Source: Candidatus Nomurabacteria bacterium RIFCSPHIGHO2_01_FULL_36_23 (GTDB lineage Bacteria; Patescibacteriota; Minisyncoccia; Phycocordibacterales; UBA9973). From it: a stretch of DNA of 64,000 nt. The notes beneath the pieces are model-generated. The model was given only the letters and a program-made list of their open reading frames with translations, did no database searches and was not told where the DNA came from. The position numbers were made by a program, and so were the translations under genes. Location: positions 23,577 through 87,576 of the forward strand of contig MFTF01000018.1 in NCBI GenBank assembly GCA_001786745.1, read 5' to 3'. Each line of letters begins with the position of its first letter. Position 1 is the stretch's first letter. Positions 18,612 through 28,480 of the stretch are shown here, piece after piece.

Positions 18612-21600
18612 ATGATTGAAAACGAAAAGAATAAGAAATCTGATATGGCGTTTCGCGAGGAGCGGGTTTTGGAATTCTGGCGGGAAAATAAAATTTTTGA
18701 GAAATCACTAGAAAAAGAATCACCGAAAGGGGAATTTATTTTTTACGATGGCCCAGCCACCGCAAATGCCATTCCGCCCCTTCACTCGCTAGTGCCGCGT
18801 GTTTTCAAAGACGCTATTCCTCGTTATAAAACAATGCGTGGCTATCATGTCCGTCGCAAAGTTGGTTGGGATACTCATGGCTTGCCGGTGGAACTGCAAA
18901 TAGAAAAAAAACTTGGTTTAAAATCCAAAAAAGAAATTGAAGAATATGGAATCGCAGCTTTCAATAAGCTTTGCAAAGACAGCGTATGGGAATTTATTGG
19001 AGCGTGGAATAAGTTTACTGCTCGGAGCGGTTACTGGATAGATTTTAAAAATCCATACATTACTTACGAGAATCCATATATTGAATCCATTTGGAATATT
19101 GTAAAAAAAATAAATGATCAAGGACTTTTATACAAAGACTATAGAGTAGTACCCTGGTGTCCGCGTTGTGGTACGGTTTTGTCCTCGCATGAGCTTGCGC
19201 AAGGATATGAAGACGTGAAAGATTTGTCGGTTTATATAAAATTTAAAGCAAAAGGGCAAGACAATACTTATATCCTCGCATGGACGACGACACCCTGGAC
19301 ATTACCTGGAAATGTTGCACTTGCGATTGGTGAAAAGATTGAATATGTAAAAATAAAAGTTGGAAATGAAATATTAATTTTAGCTAAAGCGCGACTTCCA
19401 ATACTCACTGATCCATATGAAATTATTGATGAAGTTAAGGGCAAAGATTTGGTTGGTTTAGAATACGAACCACTTTTTCCATATTTAAAAGAACAAATTG
19501 AGCAAAAGGGAGAAAAAACAGACAAAGCATTCAAGGTTTATTCAGCGAATTTTGTAAATACGGAAGAAGGAACCGGGATTGTGCATACCGCCGTTATGTA
19601 TGGTCAAGACGATTTTGAACTTGGCGCAAAAATTGGTCTGCCCAAATATCACCTGGTAAATCCTGAAGGAAAATTTATAAAAGGCACAGGGTTTTTAGAA
19701 GATAGATTTGTCAAAGAAAAAGATGAAAATGGCAAACCTACTTTAGATGTGGATATTATTAAATACCTGACAGACAAAAATCTATTTTTAAAAAAAGAAA
19801 ATTACGAGCATCCGTATCCACATTGCTGGCGTTGCTATACAGCGCTCATATATTATGCGCGCGATTCTTGGTATATCAAAATGTCTGATCCGAAAATTAA
19901 GAAACAATTAATCAGCGAAAATAAAAAAATAAATTGGGAACCAGCGCATATTAGAGATGGTCGTTTCGGCGAATGGCTAAGAGAGATTAAAGATTGGGCA
20001 ATATCCCGCGAACGTTATTGGGGCACGCCCCTACCTGTCTGGATAAATCAAAACGATGAAAAATTAATAATCGGCTCAATTGATGAATTAAGAAAATATT
20101 CCCAAAAATCCGGCAATGAATATTTTGTATTGCGTCACGGAGAAGCGGAAAACATTATCCTTAATATCACTACTTCAAATAAATCCGAATATGACAAGTA
20201 TCATTTGACCGAAAAAGGAAAAAAAGAGGTACTAGCTTCAGCTGGGAATTTAAAAAATAAAAAAATTGACCTAATTATTTCATCTCCCCTTATTCGCACG
20301 AAAGAGACGGCGGAGATCATCGCTGAAGCAATAGGATTTTCCAAAAGTGATGTTATTTATGATGAACGACTTCGCGAGGTGGATACGGGGGATTTTCGCG
20401 ATAGAAAAAACACCGAGTATCACTCTTTCTTTTTTTCACTAGAAGAAAAATTCACCAAAAGACCGCCCAATGGGGAAAATTTGACTGAGCTTCGGCGTCG
20501 AATAATGGAATTTCTCTATGAAACTGAAAAAAAATATCAAGAAAAAAAGATTTTAATTGTATCTCACGAATATGCTGTTTGGATGATGTTTACTGGAACC
20601 TTCGGTTGGAGTAATAAGCAAAGCGCAGAAGAAAAAAGCCATAAAGATGATTTTATTAAAACAGGGGAAGTGCTGGGTTTACCTTTTGTGCCATTACCAC
20701 ATGATGATAATTTTGAACTTGATTTACATCGTCCATACATTGACGATATTGTGCTAGAAAAAAACAATAAAGAATTTTATCGCACAAAAGAAGTGATGGA
20801 TGTTTGGTTTGACTCCGGGACAATGCCTTTTGCGCAAGATCACTATCCTTTTTCCGCCAGAAACGAACTCGCCTCTGGCGGAGACAATCAAAAATCACAA
20901 AAACTTCTTTACCCTGCAGATTTTATCTCTGAAGGAATTGATCAAACTCGGGGGTGGTTTTATACTTTGCACGCCGTTGGAGTGCTTATGGGTCGTGGCA
21001 AGGCGTATAAAAACGTCATCTGTCTGGGGCATTTACTGGATGCTATGGGCAAAAAAATGTCTAAATCTCTCGGCAATATCGTTGATCCGTGGGTAATGAT
21101 GGATAAATATGGCGTGGATACGCTTCGTCTCTGGATGTATTCAATCAATCAACCGGGCGAGTCTAAAAATTTTAATGAAAAAACAGTATCTTTACTGCAT
21201 CAACAAGTTTTCACTCTATTGTATAATGTGCTTGCTTTTTATGAATTATACAGAGATAAAGAATTAGAAAATAATGACAGACCTAAATCAAAAAATATTT
21301 TAGACCAATGGATTTTGGCGCGATTAACCGAATTAATTAGTGAATCCACAAAAAAAATGGAAGATTATAAATTACTTGAGCCGACTAGAGCAATTAGAGA
21401 TTTTATCGGAGATCTCTCCACTTGGTATTTGCGCCGTTCTCGCGAGCGAATTAAAGAGGAGGCAACAAATCCCGAACTAGAGCAAGCTCAATACGGGGCA
21501 AGAGCAACTTTATATTTTGTTCTAAAAAATTTAACAAAAGTTATGGCACCACTAGCACCATTTGCAGCCGAAGATATTTGGTTAAAACTCAAGAATGGCA

Positions 21601-22142
21601 ATGATACAGAGAGTGTCCATCTAACAAAATGGCCCCTCGCTTTCGCTCGGGACCTTCGGTCAAAAGTTTTGAGAAATATGTCAGAAGTTAGGAAAATAGT
21701 TTCACTTGGCTTTGAAGCTCGGCAAAAAGCAAAAATTCAAGTTCGTCAGCCACTGGTCAAACTGGAAGTGAAGAATTTTGATTTAAGTCAAGAATATATT
21801 GAGCTCATAAAAGAAGAACTCAATGTGAAAGAGATAAAACAGAATAAAAATCTTAATAACGATGTTATTCTTGATGTAAATATTACTCCAGAATTGAAAC
21901 AAGAAGGGAGCTATCGCGAGCTTTTGCGGGCGATTCAAAATATGCGCAAAAAGATGGAATTAACGCCAAATGATATAATTTTACTTACTTTGGACACAAA
22001 CAATGAGGGCAAAAAATTGGTCCAAAAATTTAAATCTGACATGAAAAAAGTTGTATTAGCTTCTAAAATAGAATTCGGGGAAAATGACGGTGATGAAGTA
22101 AAAATAGATGAACTGGTGTTTAAGGTTAAAATTGATAAATGA
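18612..22142 (+). CDS. ileS: Isoleucyl-tRNA synthetase with an inserted histidine-phosphatase (PGAM-like) domain
   Basis: IleRS motifs are present: FIFYDGPA...RYKTMRGYHV..GWDTHGLPVE, WCPRCGT, GTGIVHTAVMYGQDDF, DVWFDSG, DQTRGWFY and KMSKS. An extra block of about 180 aa carries VLRHGE...SHE. Confidence 0.85.
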   Translation: MIENEKNKKSDMAFREERVLEFWRENKIFEKSLEKESPKGEFIFYDGPATANAIPPLHSLVPRVFKDAIPRYKTMRGYHVRRKVGWDTHGLPVELQIEKKLGLKSKKEIEEYGIAAFNKLCKDSVWEFIGAWNKFTARSGYWIDFKNPYITYENPYIESIWNIVKKINDQGLLYKDYRVVPWCPRCGTVLSSHELAQGYEDVKDLSVYIKFKAKGQDNTYILAWTTTPWTLPGNVALAIGEKIEYVKIKVGNEILILAKARLPILTDPYEIIDEVKGKDLVGLEYEPLFPYLKEQIEQKGEKTDKAFKVYSANFVNTEEGTGIVHTAVMYGQDDFELGAKIGLPKYHLVNPEGKFIKGTGFLEDRFVKEKDENGKPTLDVDIIKYLTDKNLFLKKENYEHPYPHCWRCYTALIYYARDSWYIKMSDPKIKKQLISENKKINWEPAHIRDGRFGEWLREIKDWAISRERYWGTPLPVWINQNDEKLIIGSIDELRKYSQKSGNEYFVLRHGEAENIILNITTSNKSEYDKYHLTEKGKKEVLASAGNLKNKKIDLIISSPLIRTKETAEIIAEAIGFSKSDVIYDERLREVDTGDFRDRKNTEYHSFFFSLEEKFTKRPPNGENLTELRRRIMEFLYETEKKYQEKKILIVSHEYAVWMMFTGTFGWSNKQSAEEKSHKDDFIKTGEVLGLPFVPLPHDDNFELDLHRPYIDDIVLEKNNKEFYRTKEVMDVWFDSGTMPFAQDHYPFSARNELASGGDNQKSQKLLYPADFISEGIDQTRGWFYTLHAVGVLMGRGKAYKNVICLGHLLDAMGKKMSKSLGNIVDPWVMMDKYGVDTLRLWMYSINQPGESKNFNEKTVSLLHQQVFTLLYNVLAFYELYRDKELENNDRPKSKNILDQWILARLTELISESTKKMEDYKLLEPTRAIRDFIGDLSTWYLRRSRERIKEEATNPELEQAQYGARATLYFVLKNLTKVMAPLAPFAAEDIWLKLKNGNDTESVHLTKWPLAFARDLRSKVLRNMSEVRKIVSLGFEARQKAKIQVRQPLVKLEVKNFDLSQEYIELIKEELNVKEIKQNKNLNNDVILDVNITPELKQEGSYRELLRAIQNMRKKMELTPNDIILLTLDTNNEGKKLVQKFKSDMKKVVLASKIEFGENDGDEVKIDELVFKVKIDK

Positions 22143-22145
22143 AAT

Positions 22146-22745
22146 ATGAAACTAATTCTTTTTGATTTTGATGGGGTGCTGATTGATACCTTTATTATTA
22201 GTTTGAAAATTAGCAGAGAAGTTAATAAAAAAATGTCCCTTAATTTATTCCGTTCTATTTTTAATGGTAATATTTATGATTCATTAAAAAATAATACTAA
22301 AGTAAAGCAACATCCAGAATTTTTTAAACTATATGAAAAACAATCCCGAAAACTTGAAATTCCAAAAAAATTAAAAGATTTAATTTGTAAATTAAGTAAA
22401 AATTATACACTTGCTATCATTTCAGCGACTCCTTCAACGCTCATCGCAACAATTTTAAAACAAGCGAATGTATTTAAGTATTTTTCCGATATATTGGGAG
22501 GCGATATTCACACGAGTAAGGTCGTAAAAAATAAAATGCTTTTAGAAAAATATAAAATTGAACCCAAAGACGCAGTTTTTATTACGGATACTACAGGCGA
22601 TATTCTTGAAGCGCGAGAATGTGGCATAGAATCTATTGCCGTAACCTGGGGTTTTCACGAAAAAGAAACATTGCAAAAGGAGAAACCCTTTAAAATCGTT
22701 AGTACTCCTGAAGATTTAGAAAAAGCCATAGAAGAAATTTTGTGA
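22146..22745 (+). CDS. HAD-superfamily hydrolase
   Basis: Motif I LILFDFDGVLIDT, motif II SATPS, and a C-terminal D..GD. Confidence 0.75.
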   Translation: MKLILFDFDGVLIDTFIISLKISREVNKKMSLNLFRSIFNGNIYDSLKNNTKVKQHPEFFKLYEKQSRKLEIPKKLKDLICKLSKNYTLAIISATPSTLIATILKQANVFKYFSDILGGDIHTSKVVKNKMLLEKYKIEPKDAVFITDTTGDILEARECGIESIAVTWGFHEKETLQKEKPFKIVSTPEDLEKAIEEIL

Positions 22746-22757
22746 TAAAATAGAGTC

Positions 22758-23396
22758 ATGAAAATTAAAAAACTTGGGCATTGTTGCTTGATTATAAAGG
22801 TAAATAGCAAAAGAGTAATGACAGATCCGGGATCTTATACAATTTCTGAACAAGAGATAGAAAAAAATATTGACCTAATTCTTATTACGCATGAACATTC
22901 AGATCATCTCCACGTTGATTCGCTAAAAAATATTTTAGTCAATAATCCTAATGCAATAGTTGTGACAAATAGTGCAGTGGGGAAAATTATAGCCGAAGCC
23001 GGAATTAAATATAAAAAGTTAGAAGATGGTCAATCAGGTGAATTTGCCGGAGTTTTCCTTGAAGCTCACGGAGATAAGCATGCGGAAATTTACGAAGAGT
23101 TTGGACAAGTTCAGAATACAGGATATTTTATAGGTCAAGATTTATTTTATCCCGGTGATGCTTTTACTAATCCAAATAAAAAAGTTGAAGTATTAGCACT
23201 TCCTGTTTTGGCACCGTGGCTTAAAATTAAAGAATCAATAAATTATGCTATTTTATTAAAACCTCACATATGTTTTCCTGTTCATGATTGGAATATTAAA
23301 ATACCCGGCATTGTGCACAAAACTCCAAGTATTGTCTTAGCAGAGCACAACATCAGTTTTAAAGTTTTAGAAATCGGCAAAGAGGAAGAAATTTAA
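22758..23396 (+). CDS. Metallo-beta-lactamase-fold hydrolase
   Basis: Motif LITHEHSDHLH (HxHxDH). Confidence 0.65.
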   Translation: MKIKKLGHCCLIIKVNSKRVMTDPGSYTISEQEIEKNIDLILITHEHSDHLHVDSLKNILVNNPNAIVVTNSAVGKIIAEAGIKYKKLEDGQSGEFAGVFLEAHGDKHAEIYEEFGQVQNTGYFIGQDLFYPGDAFTNPNKKVEVLALPVLAPWLKIKESINYAILLKPHICFPVHDWNIKIPGIVHKTPSIVLAEHNISFKVLEIGKEEEI

Positions 23397-23398
23397 GT

Positions 23399-23432
23399 AT
23401 AACAAACTATCGCGGCCGCGAAAATATGTTAT
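23399..23432. repeat. 34-nt palindrome-containing direct repeat (ataacaaactatcgcggccgcgaaaatatgttat); 9 nt upstream of the 23442 gene
   Basis: 28/34 identical to 23912-23945. It has inverted termini ATAACA/TGTTAT and a central perfect palindrome CGCGGCCGCG. Confidence 0.85.
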
Positions 23433-23441
23433 GATAAATCT

Positions 23442-23915
23442 ATGGAACTGACAACACTAGATCACTTAATAGCGTTTTTGCTTTCTGCTCGTTCAACGAG
23501 GATATATAGAAAAATATTATGGTCAAGAGTGTATATGAGACAAAAAAACTTAAGCACCGAAGCTTTTCGCCAGCATATTTACCGTTTACATAAAAAGGGA
23601 ATTATTGAAGCAAAAGGTAATAAAGTTTATATTTATCGAGAAAATCTTTTAAAGTTTTCAGTCAAAAGGAATTCAATAATGAAAAACATTTTTCCAGACA
23701 AAACAGAAAAAGTTCTCATATCTTTTGATATACCCGAGAAAAAGAAAAAAATGAGAGATTGGTTACGGAATCAAATAAAGTATTGGGATTTTGAAATGAT
23801 TCACGAAAGTTTATGGCTTGGGTATGGGCCACTACCCAAAGCGTTTAATGATAGATTAAAACATCTTGGTATTTATAAAAATGTTCGGGTATTTAGAGTT
23901 AGAAAAATAGCATAA
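23442..23915 (+). CDS. Hypothetical DNA-binding protein, family member 2 (winged-helix plus C-terminal Cas2/VapD-like motif)
   Basis: N-terminus FRQHIYRLHKKGIIEAKGNKVYIY is wHTH-like. The C-terminus VLISFDIPEKKKKMRDWLRNQIKYWDFEMIHESLWLGYGP...VRVFRV is paralogous to 15283 and 28481. Confidence 0.6.
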   Translation: MELTTLDHLIAFLLSARSTRIYRKILWSRVYMRQKNLSTEAFRQHIYRLHKKGIIEAKGNKVYIYRENLLKFSVKRNSIMKNIFPDKTEKVLISFDIPEKKKKMRDWLRNQIKYWDFEMIHESLWLGYGPLPKAFNDRLKHLGIYKNVRVFRVRKIA

Positions 23916-23945
23916 CAATATATCGCGGTTACGAAAAAATGTTAT
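23912..23945. repeat. 34-nt palindrome-containing direct repeat (ataacaatatatcgcggttacgaaaaaatgttat); overlaps the stop codon of the 23442 gene
   Basis: Direct repeat of 23399-23432. Confidence 0.85.
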
Positions 23946-23984
23946 ATATGGATTTATGAAGGAAAAGTGTAGTAAAATAAATAA

Positions 23985-24566
23985 ATGCACCACATTTATC
24001 ACACGGAAGGAATAATATTGGGGAGCAAGAACTTCGGAGAAACGGAAAGATATTATTCCATATTTACCAAAAATCTGGGAATGATTTATGCTTCGGCGCA
24101 AGGGGTGCGTAAAATGTCTTCAAAATTGCGTTTCATGTTGCAGGATTTTGCCTACCTTAAAATTGATCTGGTGCAGGGCAAAGATTTCTGGCGCGTGACA
24201 AATGTGTCAAAGACAAATAAATTAGAACAGATTGCTAAACAGTCAGAACATTTTGTAGTTTTTTTTAATATTGCGCGGTTATTGAAACGTTTGCTGGCTG
24301 GCGTTGAACCTAATCCAGCTTTATTTCTTGATCTTTTAAACGGTTTATTTATTTTAGAAAAATCAGAAACGAAGGAAGAGTTGCATAACATTGAAGTAAT
24401 TATTGTTTTGCGCATACTTAATAATTTGGGATATATTGGTGAAAATGAGACGTTGCAAAATATAATTAAATCGCCCTTTGAAAAAGATTTAATCTTTGAA
24501 GTTTCAAGAAGTAGAACTAAAATACTCTCGGCAATTAATAAGGCGCTAAAAGAGACACATCTGTAA
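23985..24566 (+). CDS. recO: DNA repair protein RecO
   Basis: RecO N-terminal OB pattern IILGSKNFGETERYYSIFTKNLGMIYASAQGVRK. Confidence 0.75.
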   Translation: MHHIYHTEGIILGSKNFGETERYYSIFTKNLGMIYASAQGVRKMSSKLRFMLQDFAYLKIDLVQGKDFWRVTNVSKTNKLEQIAKQSEHFVVFFNIARLLKRLLAGVEPNPALFLDLLNGLFILEKSETKEELHNIEVIIVLRILNNLGYIGENETLQNIIKSPFEKDLIFEVSRSRTKILSAINKALKETHL

Positions 24567-24586
24567 ATTATGCTATAATTCCTCAT

Positions 24587-26530
24587 ATGTCGTTGAATGA
24601 TGGAGATAAATTAAACAGAATAGAGGAACTTAAAAGCAAGCTCTTCAGTAAAAACTATCAGACAAAAATAGAACATCAAGATAATTTTACTCATTTAAGT
24701 AATAAGAATGATGTACCAGATTTTTGGCAAGATAATACCAGAAAGAGATTTAACTCTGGAGAAAAATTTTTTATGAAAACCCCCATATTTAAGAATTTTT
24801 TTATCTTTTCAGTAGTTTTTTTTATTTTAACTCTAGGATATGCTTCTTATGTGTTTTTTGTTGGAAGCAACACTATCTCTAAAGATAATATTGATATCTC
24901 TATACTGGGAAATACTTTTACTGCTGGGGGAGAAGAGCTTTCGCTTGTTGTTGGAGTTACAAATAGAAATAGTTCTTCCTTAGATTTAGTTGATCTTGTT
25001 ATAGAATATCCTAAAAGTTCTTTGAATTCCCAAATTGATTCGTCTAATCAAACTGAGAGACTTCGCATGTCATTGGGAATGATTCCCACTGGAGCAATAC
25101 GAAATGAGAATGTGAAAATAGTGCTTTTCGGTGAACAAGGAAGTATTCTTCCCATAAAAATTTTTATTGAGTATCGGGTGGAAGGGTCAAATGCTATTTT
25201 TGTGAAAGAAAAGCTCTACGAAGTCACTATAAACTCTACACCCATAAATCTTTCTGTTGATGCTCCTATGTCAACAAGCCCCAACCAAGATATCGTTCTT
25301 AATATAAAATCAACATTAAATGCCACTAAACCAATCTCCAAAATACTTCTGAAACTTGATTATCCAGCCGGATTCCAATTTATGTCATCCAAGCCAGCGC
25401 CTTCCCTCGGTAATAATATTTGGAATTTAGGAGATCTTGCTCCCGGCGCAGAGCGTAATATTTCTATAACAGGTAAAATGCTTGATGTTTTTGAGGGAGA
25501 AGAAAAAACATTCCAAATATGGAGCGGATCGCAATCCAAGTCAGATAAGTCCATGATTGATGTTATTTTTAATTCTTTGGCGCATACTATTATGATAAAA
25601 AAACCCTTTATTGAAGCAAAACTTTTTGTAAATGGTGAATATCAGAAAGAATATGCGATAGATTCAAGAACTATGGTTAATGGAGAAATTCGTTGGATAA
25701 ATAATTTAGATACAAATATAAATGACCTGGAAATTCGGGCAAAAATTCTCGGAAATGCGGTTAATCGCAAAACCATAAACGCGATGCAAGGTTTTTATAA
25801 CTCATCCGATGATATAATAATTTGGGACAAAAATTCTTATAGCCAATTTAAAGAAGTAAATCCTGGTGATTCTGGGTCTGTTGATTTTTCTTTCTCCCCG
25901 CTGTCATTATTCTCGGTCTCGGGCGGAGTGCTTTCTAACCCTTCCATTGATATAGAAATAAATATTGCCGGGAAACAAGCGCTTGAAGGTTATGATCTCA
26001 AAGATTTGAATAATTCAGGATCCTCAATAATTCGTATTATTTCTGATGTTGGGTTTGGGACCAAAGCCTTGTATTACTCCGGACCTTTTAAAAATGCTGG
26101 TCCTACATCCCCAACAGTTGAAAAAGAAACAACCTATACTGTTATTTGGACTCTTTCCAATAGCGCAAACAATATTTCAAAAGCGCAAATACGTTCTACT
26201 CTTCCATCGTGGATGCGTTTTGTGGGACCTTTTTCTCCCGCAGTAGAAGATTTGACTTACAATTCTTCTACCAAAGAAATAACTTGGAATGTGGGGAATA
26301 TTCCCAAGGGCACCGGTATTACCGGGGCAGAGAAAGAAATTGCCTTTCAAATAGCGTTTATTCCTTCGCTCTCTCAAATCGGTTCTCTTCCTGTTATTAT
26401 CAACGATAGCATTTTGACTGGACACGATGATTTTGCTAATGTGGATGTGAGAGTAAGTAAAACATCATTAAATACCAGACTTGATAATGACCCGTTATTT
26501 CCTTCTTCTGAGGGAGTAGTCACAGAATAA
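24587..26530 (+). CDS. Hypothetical membrane-anchored protein with a large extracytoplasmic beta-rich domain
   Basis: Single N-terminal TM (IFKNFFIFSVVFFILTLGYASYVFFVG) followed by about 560 aa of Ser/Thr/Asn-rich sequence. No recognisable catalytic motif. Confidence 0.5.
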   Translation: MSLNDGDKLNRIEELKSKLFSKNYQTKIEHQDNFTHLSNKNDVPDFWQDNTRKRFNSGEKFFMKTPIFKNFFIFSVVFFILTLGYASYVFFVGSNTISKDNIDISILGNTFTAGGEELSLVVGVTNRNSSSLDLVDLVIEYPKSSLNSQIDSSNQTERLRMSLGMIPTGAIRNENVKIVLFGEQGSILPIKIFIEYRVEGSNAIFVKEKLYEVTINSTPINLSVDAPMSTSPNQDIVLNIKSTLNATKPISKILLKLDYPAGFQFMSSKPAPSLGNNIWNLGDLAPGAERNISITGKMLDVFEGEEKTFQIWSGSQSKSDKSMIDVIFNSLAHTIMIKKPFIEAKLFVNGEYQKEYAIDSRTMVNGEIRWINNLDTNINDLEIRAKILGNAVNRKTINAMQGFYNSSDDIIIWDKNSYSQFKEVNPGDSGSVDFSFSPLSLFSVSGGVLSNPSIDIEINIAGKQALEGYDLKDLNNSGSSIIRIISDVGFGTKALYYSGPFKNAGPTSPTVEKETTYTVIWTLSNSANNISKAQIRSTLPSWMRFVGPFSPAVEDLTYNSSTKEITWNVGNIPKGTGITGAEKEIAFQIAFIPSLSQIGSLPVIINDSILTGHDDFANVDVRVSKTSLNTRLDNDPLFPSSEGVVTE

Positions 26531-26567
26531 GTTATAAAATTTCTAAAGTAAAAAGTTATAAAGTAAA

Positions 26568-27959
26568 ATGAAAGAAGAAAAATTAGATAAAAATAATTTA
26601 ATGGAAAAAATAGTTTCACTTTGCAAAAGGCGAGGCTTTGTTTTTCAAGGTTCGGAGATTTACGGAGGATTTGCCGGAACCTATGATTGGGGTTCGCTTG
26701 GTGTTGCCCTTAAAAGAAATATTACTGATACTTGGAATAAGGCGATGCAAGATCATCCAAATATGACTTTCCTTGACTCAAGTATTTTTACTTCTGGAAA
26801 AGTTTGGGAAGCGAGTGGGCATGTCTCAGGATTTTCAGATCCTCTCATTGTTTGTAATAAATGCAAAGAAAAATCTCGCGCTGATCATTTACTGGAAAAT
26901 ATTGGAATAAAAGCTGATGAAAAATTGAGCGAATTAGAAATCAACAAGATTTTTAACGAGAGTAGAAATAAAATAAAATGTCCAGGATGTGGTGCTAAAG
27001 ATTTTGGAAAAGTTCATGCTTCAAATTTACTTGCTACCTCTAATCTCGGAATGCTCGATGAAAATGAACAGCAAGTATATCTTCGTGGAGAAACTGCGCA
27101 AGGTATTTATATAAATTATAAAAATGTTTTAGATACTGGTTTTGTGTCTATTCCTTTTGGTATTGCTCAAATAGGGAAGGCTTTTCGTAATGAAATTAGT
27201 CCACGTCAGTTTTTATTTCGTAAGCGTGAATTTGAGCAGATGGAAATGCAGTATTTTTGTAATCCAAATGAAGCAATGGATAATTATGAAATTTGGAAAA
27301 AAGAAAGAATGGAATATTATCAAATGTTGGGAATAAATCCTAAAAAGCTTAGATTTAAACCACACGAAAACCTTGTTTTTTATGCGAAAGCCGCCTGTGA
27401 CATAGAATATGAATTTCCTTTCGGTTGGAATGAGCTTGAAGGAATACATTATCGTGGAGATTATGATCTAACTCAGCATCAAAAATTCTCTGGTGTAGAT
27501 ATGAAATTTTGTGACGAAGAAACAAAAGAAAAATATATTCCACATATAGTTGAAACATCAGTTGGGGTGGACCGAACAGTACTTATGGTTTTATGTGATG
27601 CTTATTGTGAGGACAAAATAGGAGAAAGTGAAAGAGTTGTTTTAAAATTTCCTCCCAAACTTGCTCCGATAGTATGCGCCGTATCTCCATTACTTAAAAA
27701 CAAGCCAGAACTTATTAGTAAAGCCAAAGATGTTTTTGATGTTCTCAAAGCCGAGTTCGGTCGTGTGGCGTGGGACGACAATGGCAATATCGGCAAACGT
27801 TATCGCCGTCAAGATGAAATCGGCACGCCATATTGCATTGTGGTTGATTTTGATACTCTTGCTGACAATACTGTGACCGTGCGAGATCGTGATACTGGAG
27901 AACAAGAGAGAATAAAAGTAGAAAATTTGAAAAGTTATATAAAAGAGAAAATACAATGA
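26568..27959 (+). CDS. glyQS: Glycyl-tRNA synthetase (alpha2 homodimeric type)
   Basis: Motifs RRGFVFQGSEIYGGFAGTYDWGSLG and class II motifs 2 and 3 are present, with a C-terminal anticodon-binding domain. Confidence 0.85.
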   Translation: MKEEKLDKNNLMEKIVSLCKRRGFVFQGSEIYGGFAGTYDWGSLGVALKRNITDTWNKAMQDHPNMTFLDSSIFTSGKVWEASGHVSGFSDPLIVCNKCKEKSRADHLLENIGIKADEKLSELEINKIFNESRNKIKCPGCGAKDFGKVHASNLLATSNLGMLDENEQQVYLRGETAQGIYINYKNVLDTGFVSIPFGIAQIGKAFRNEISPRQFLFRKREFEQMEMQYFCNPNEAMDNYEIWKKERMEYYQMLGINPKKLRFKPHENLVFYAKAACDIEYEFPFGWNELEGIHYRGDYDLTQHQKFSGVDMKFCDEETKEKYIPHIVETSVGVDRTVLMVLCDAYCEDKIGESERVVLKFPPKLAPIVCAVSPLLKNKPELISKAKDVFDVLKAEFGRVAWDDNGNIGKRYRRQDEIGTPYCIVVDFDTLADNTVTVRDRDTGEQERIKVENLKSYIKEKIQ

Positions 27960-28387
27960 AAAAAGGAGAAGATTACACTGGCATTGCTGTAGTATATTTA
28001 TATCATGATGGTAAGGGTAATGTACTACTTGCTAAAAGAAGTAATAACGCTAGAGATGAACAAGGTAGATGGGATATTAGTGGCGGTGGAGTAGAGTTTG
28101 GAGATACTATTGAAAATACTTTAAGAAAAGAAATTAAAGAAGAATACTGTACTGATGTTTCTGATTATCAATTTTTGGGGTATAGAGATGTGCATAGAGA
28201 ACATGATGGTGGAAAAACACACTGGATTGCCCTCGATTTTAAAGTTCTTATAAATAAAGAAAAAGCTAAAATTGGCGAACTACATAAATTTGATGCTTTG
28301 GAATGGTTTACCTTAAAAAATTTGCCCAGTCCAGTGCATTCTCAATTTCCAAATTTTTTAGAAAAATATAAAGATAAATTACCGTAA
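27956..28387 (+). CDS. Nudix hydrolase (MutT-like)
   Basis: Nudix box GGGVEFGDTIENTLRKEIKEEY. Confidence 0.75.
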   Translation: MKKGEDYTGIAVVYLYHDGKGNVLLAKRSNNARDEQGRWDISGGGVEFGDTIENTLRKEIKEEYCTDVSDYQFLGYRDVHREHDGGKTHWIALDFKVLINKEKAKIGELHKFDALEWFTLKNLPSPVHSQFPNFLEKYKDKLP

Positions 28388-28422
28388 AACCCCCTTGTTT
28401 TAACTTGAACAACTTTTTAACT

Positions 28423-28457
28423 ATTTACTTAACATACGCTATAGCGTGAGTCTAGTA
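28423..28457. repeat. 35-nt palindrome-containing direct repeat (atttacttaacatacgctatagcgtgagtctagta); 23 nt upstream of the 28481 gene
   Basis: 29/35 identical to 29104-29138. Core ATACGCTATAGCGT (13/14 palindrome). Confidence 0.8.
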
Positions 28458-28480
28458 AATTATGATAAGATAATTAAATT

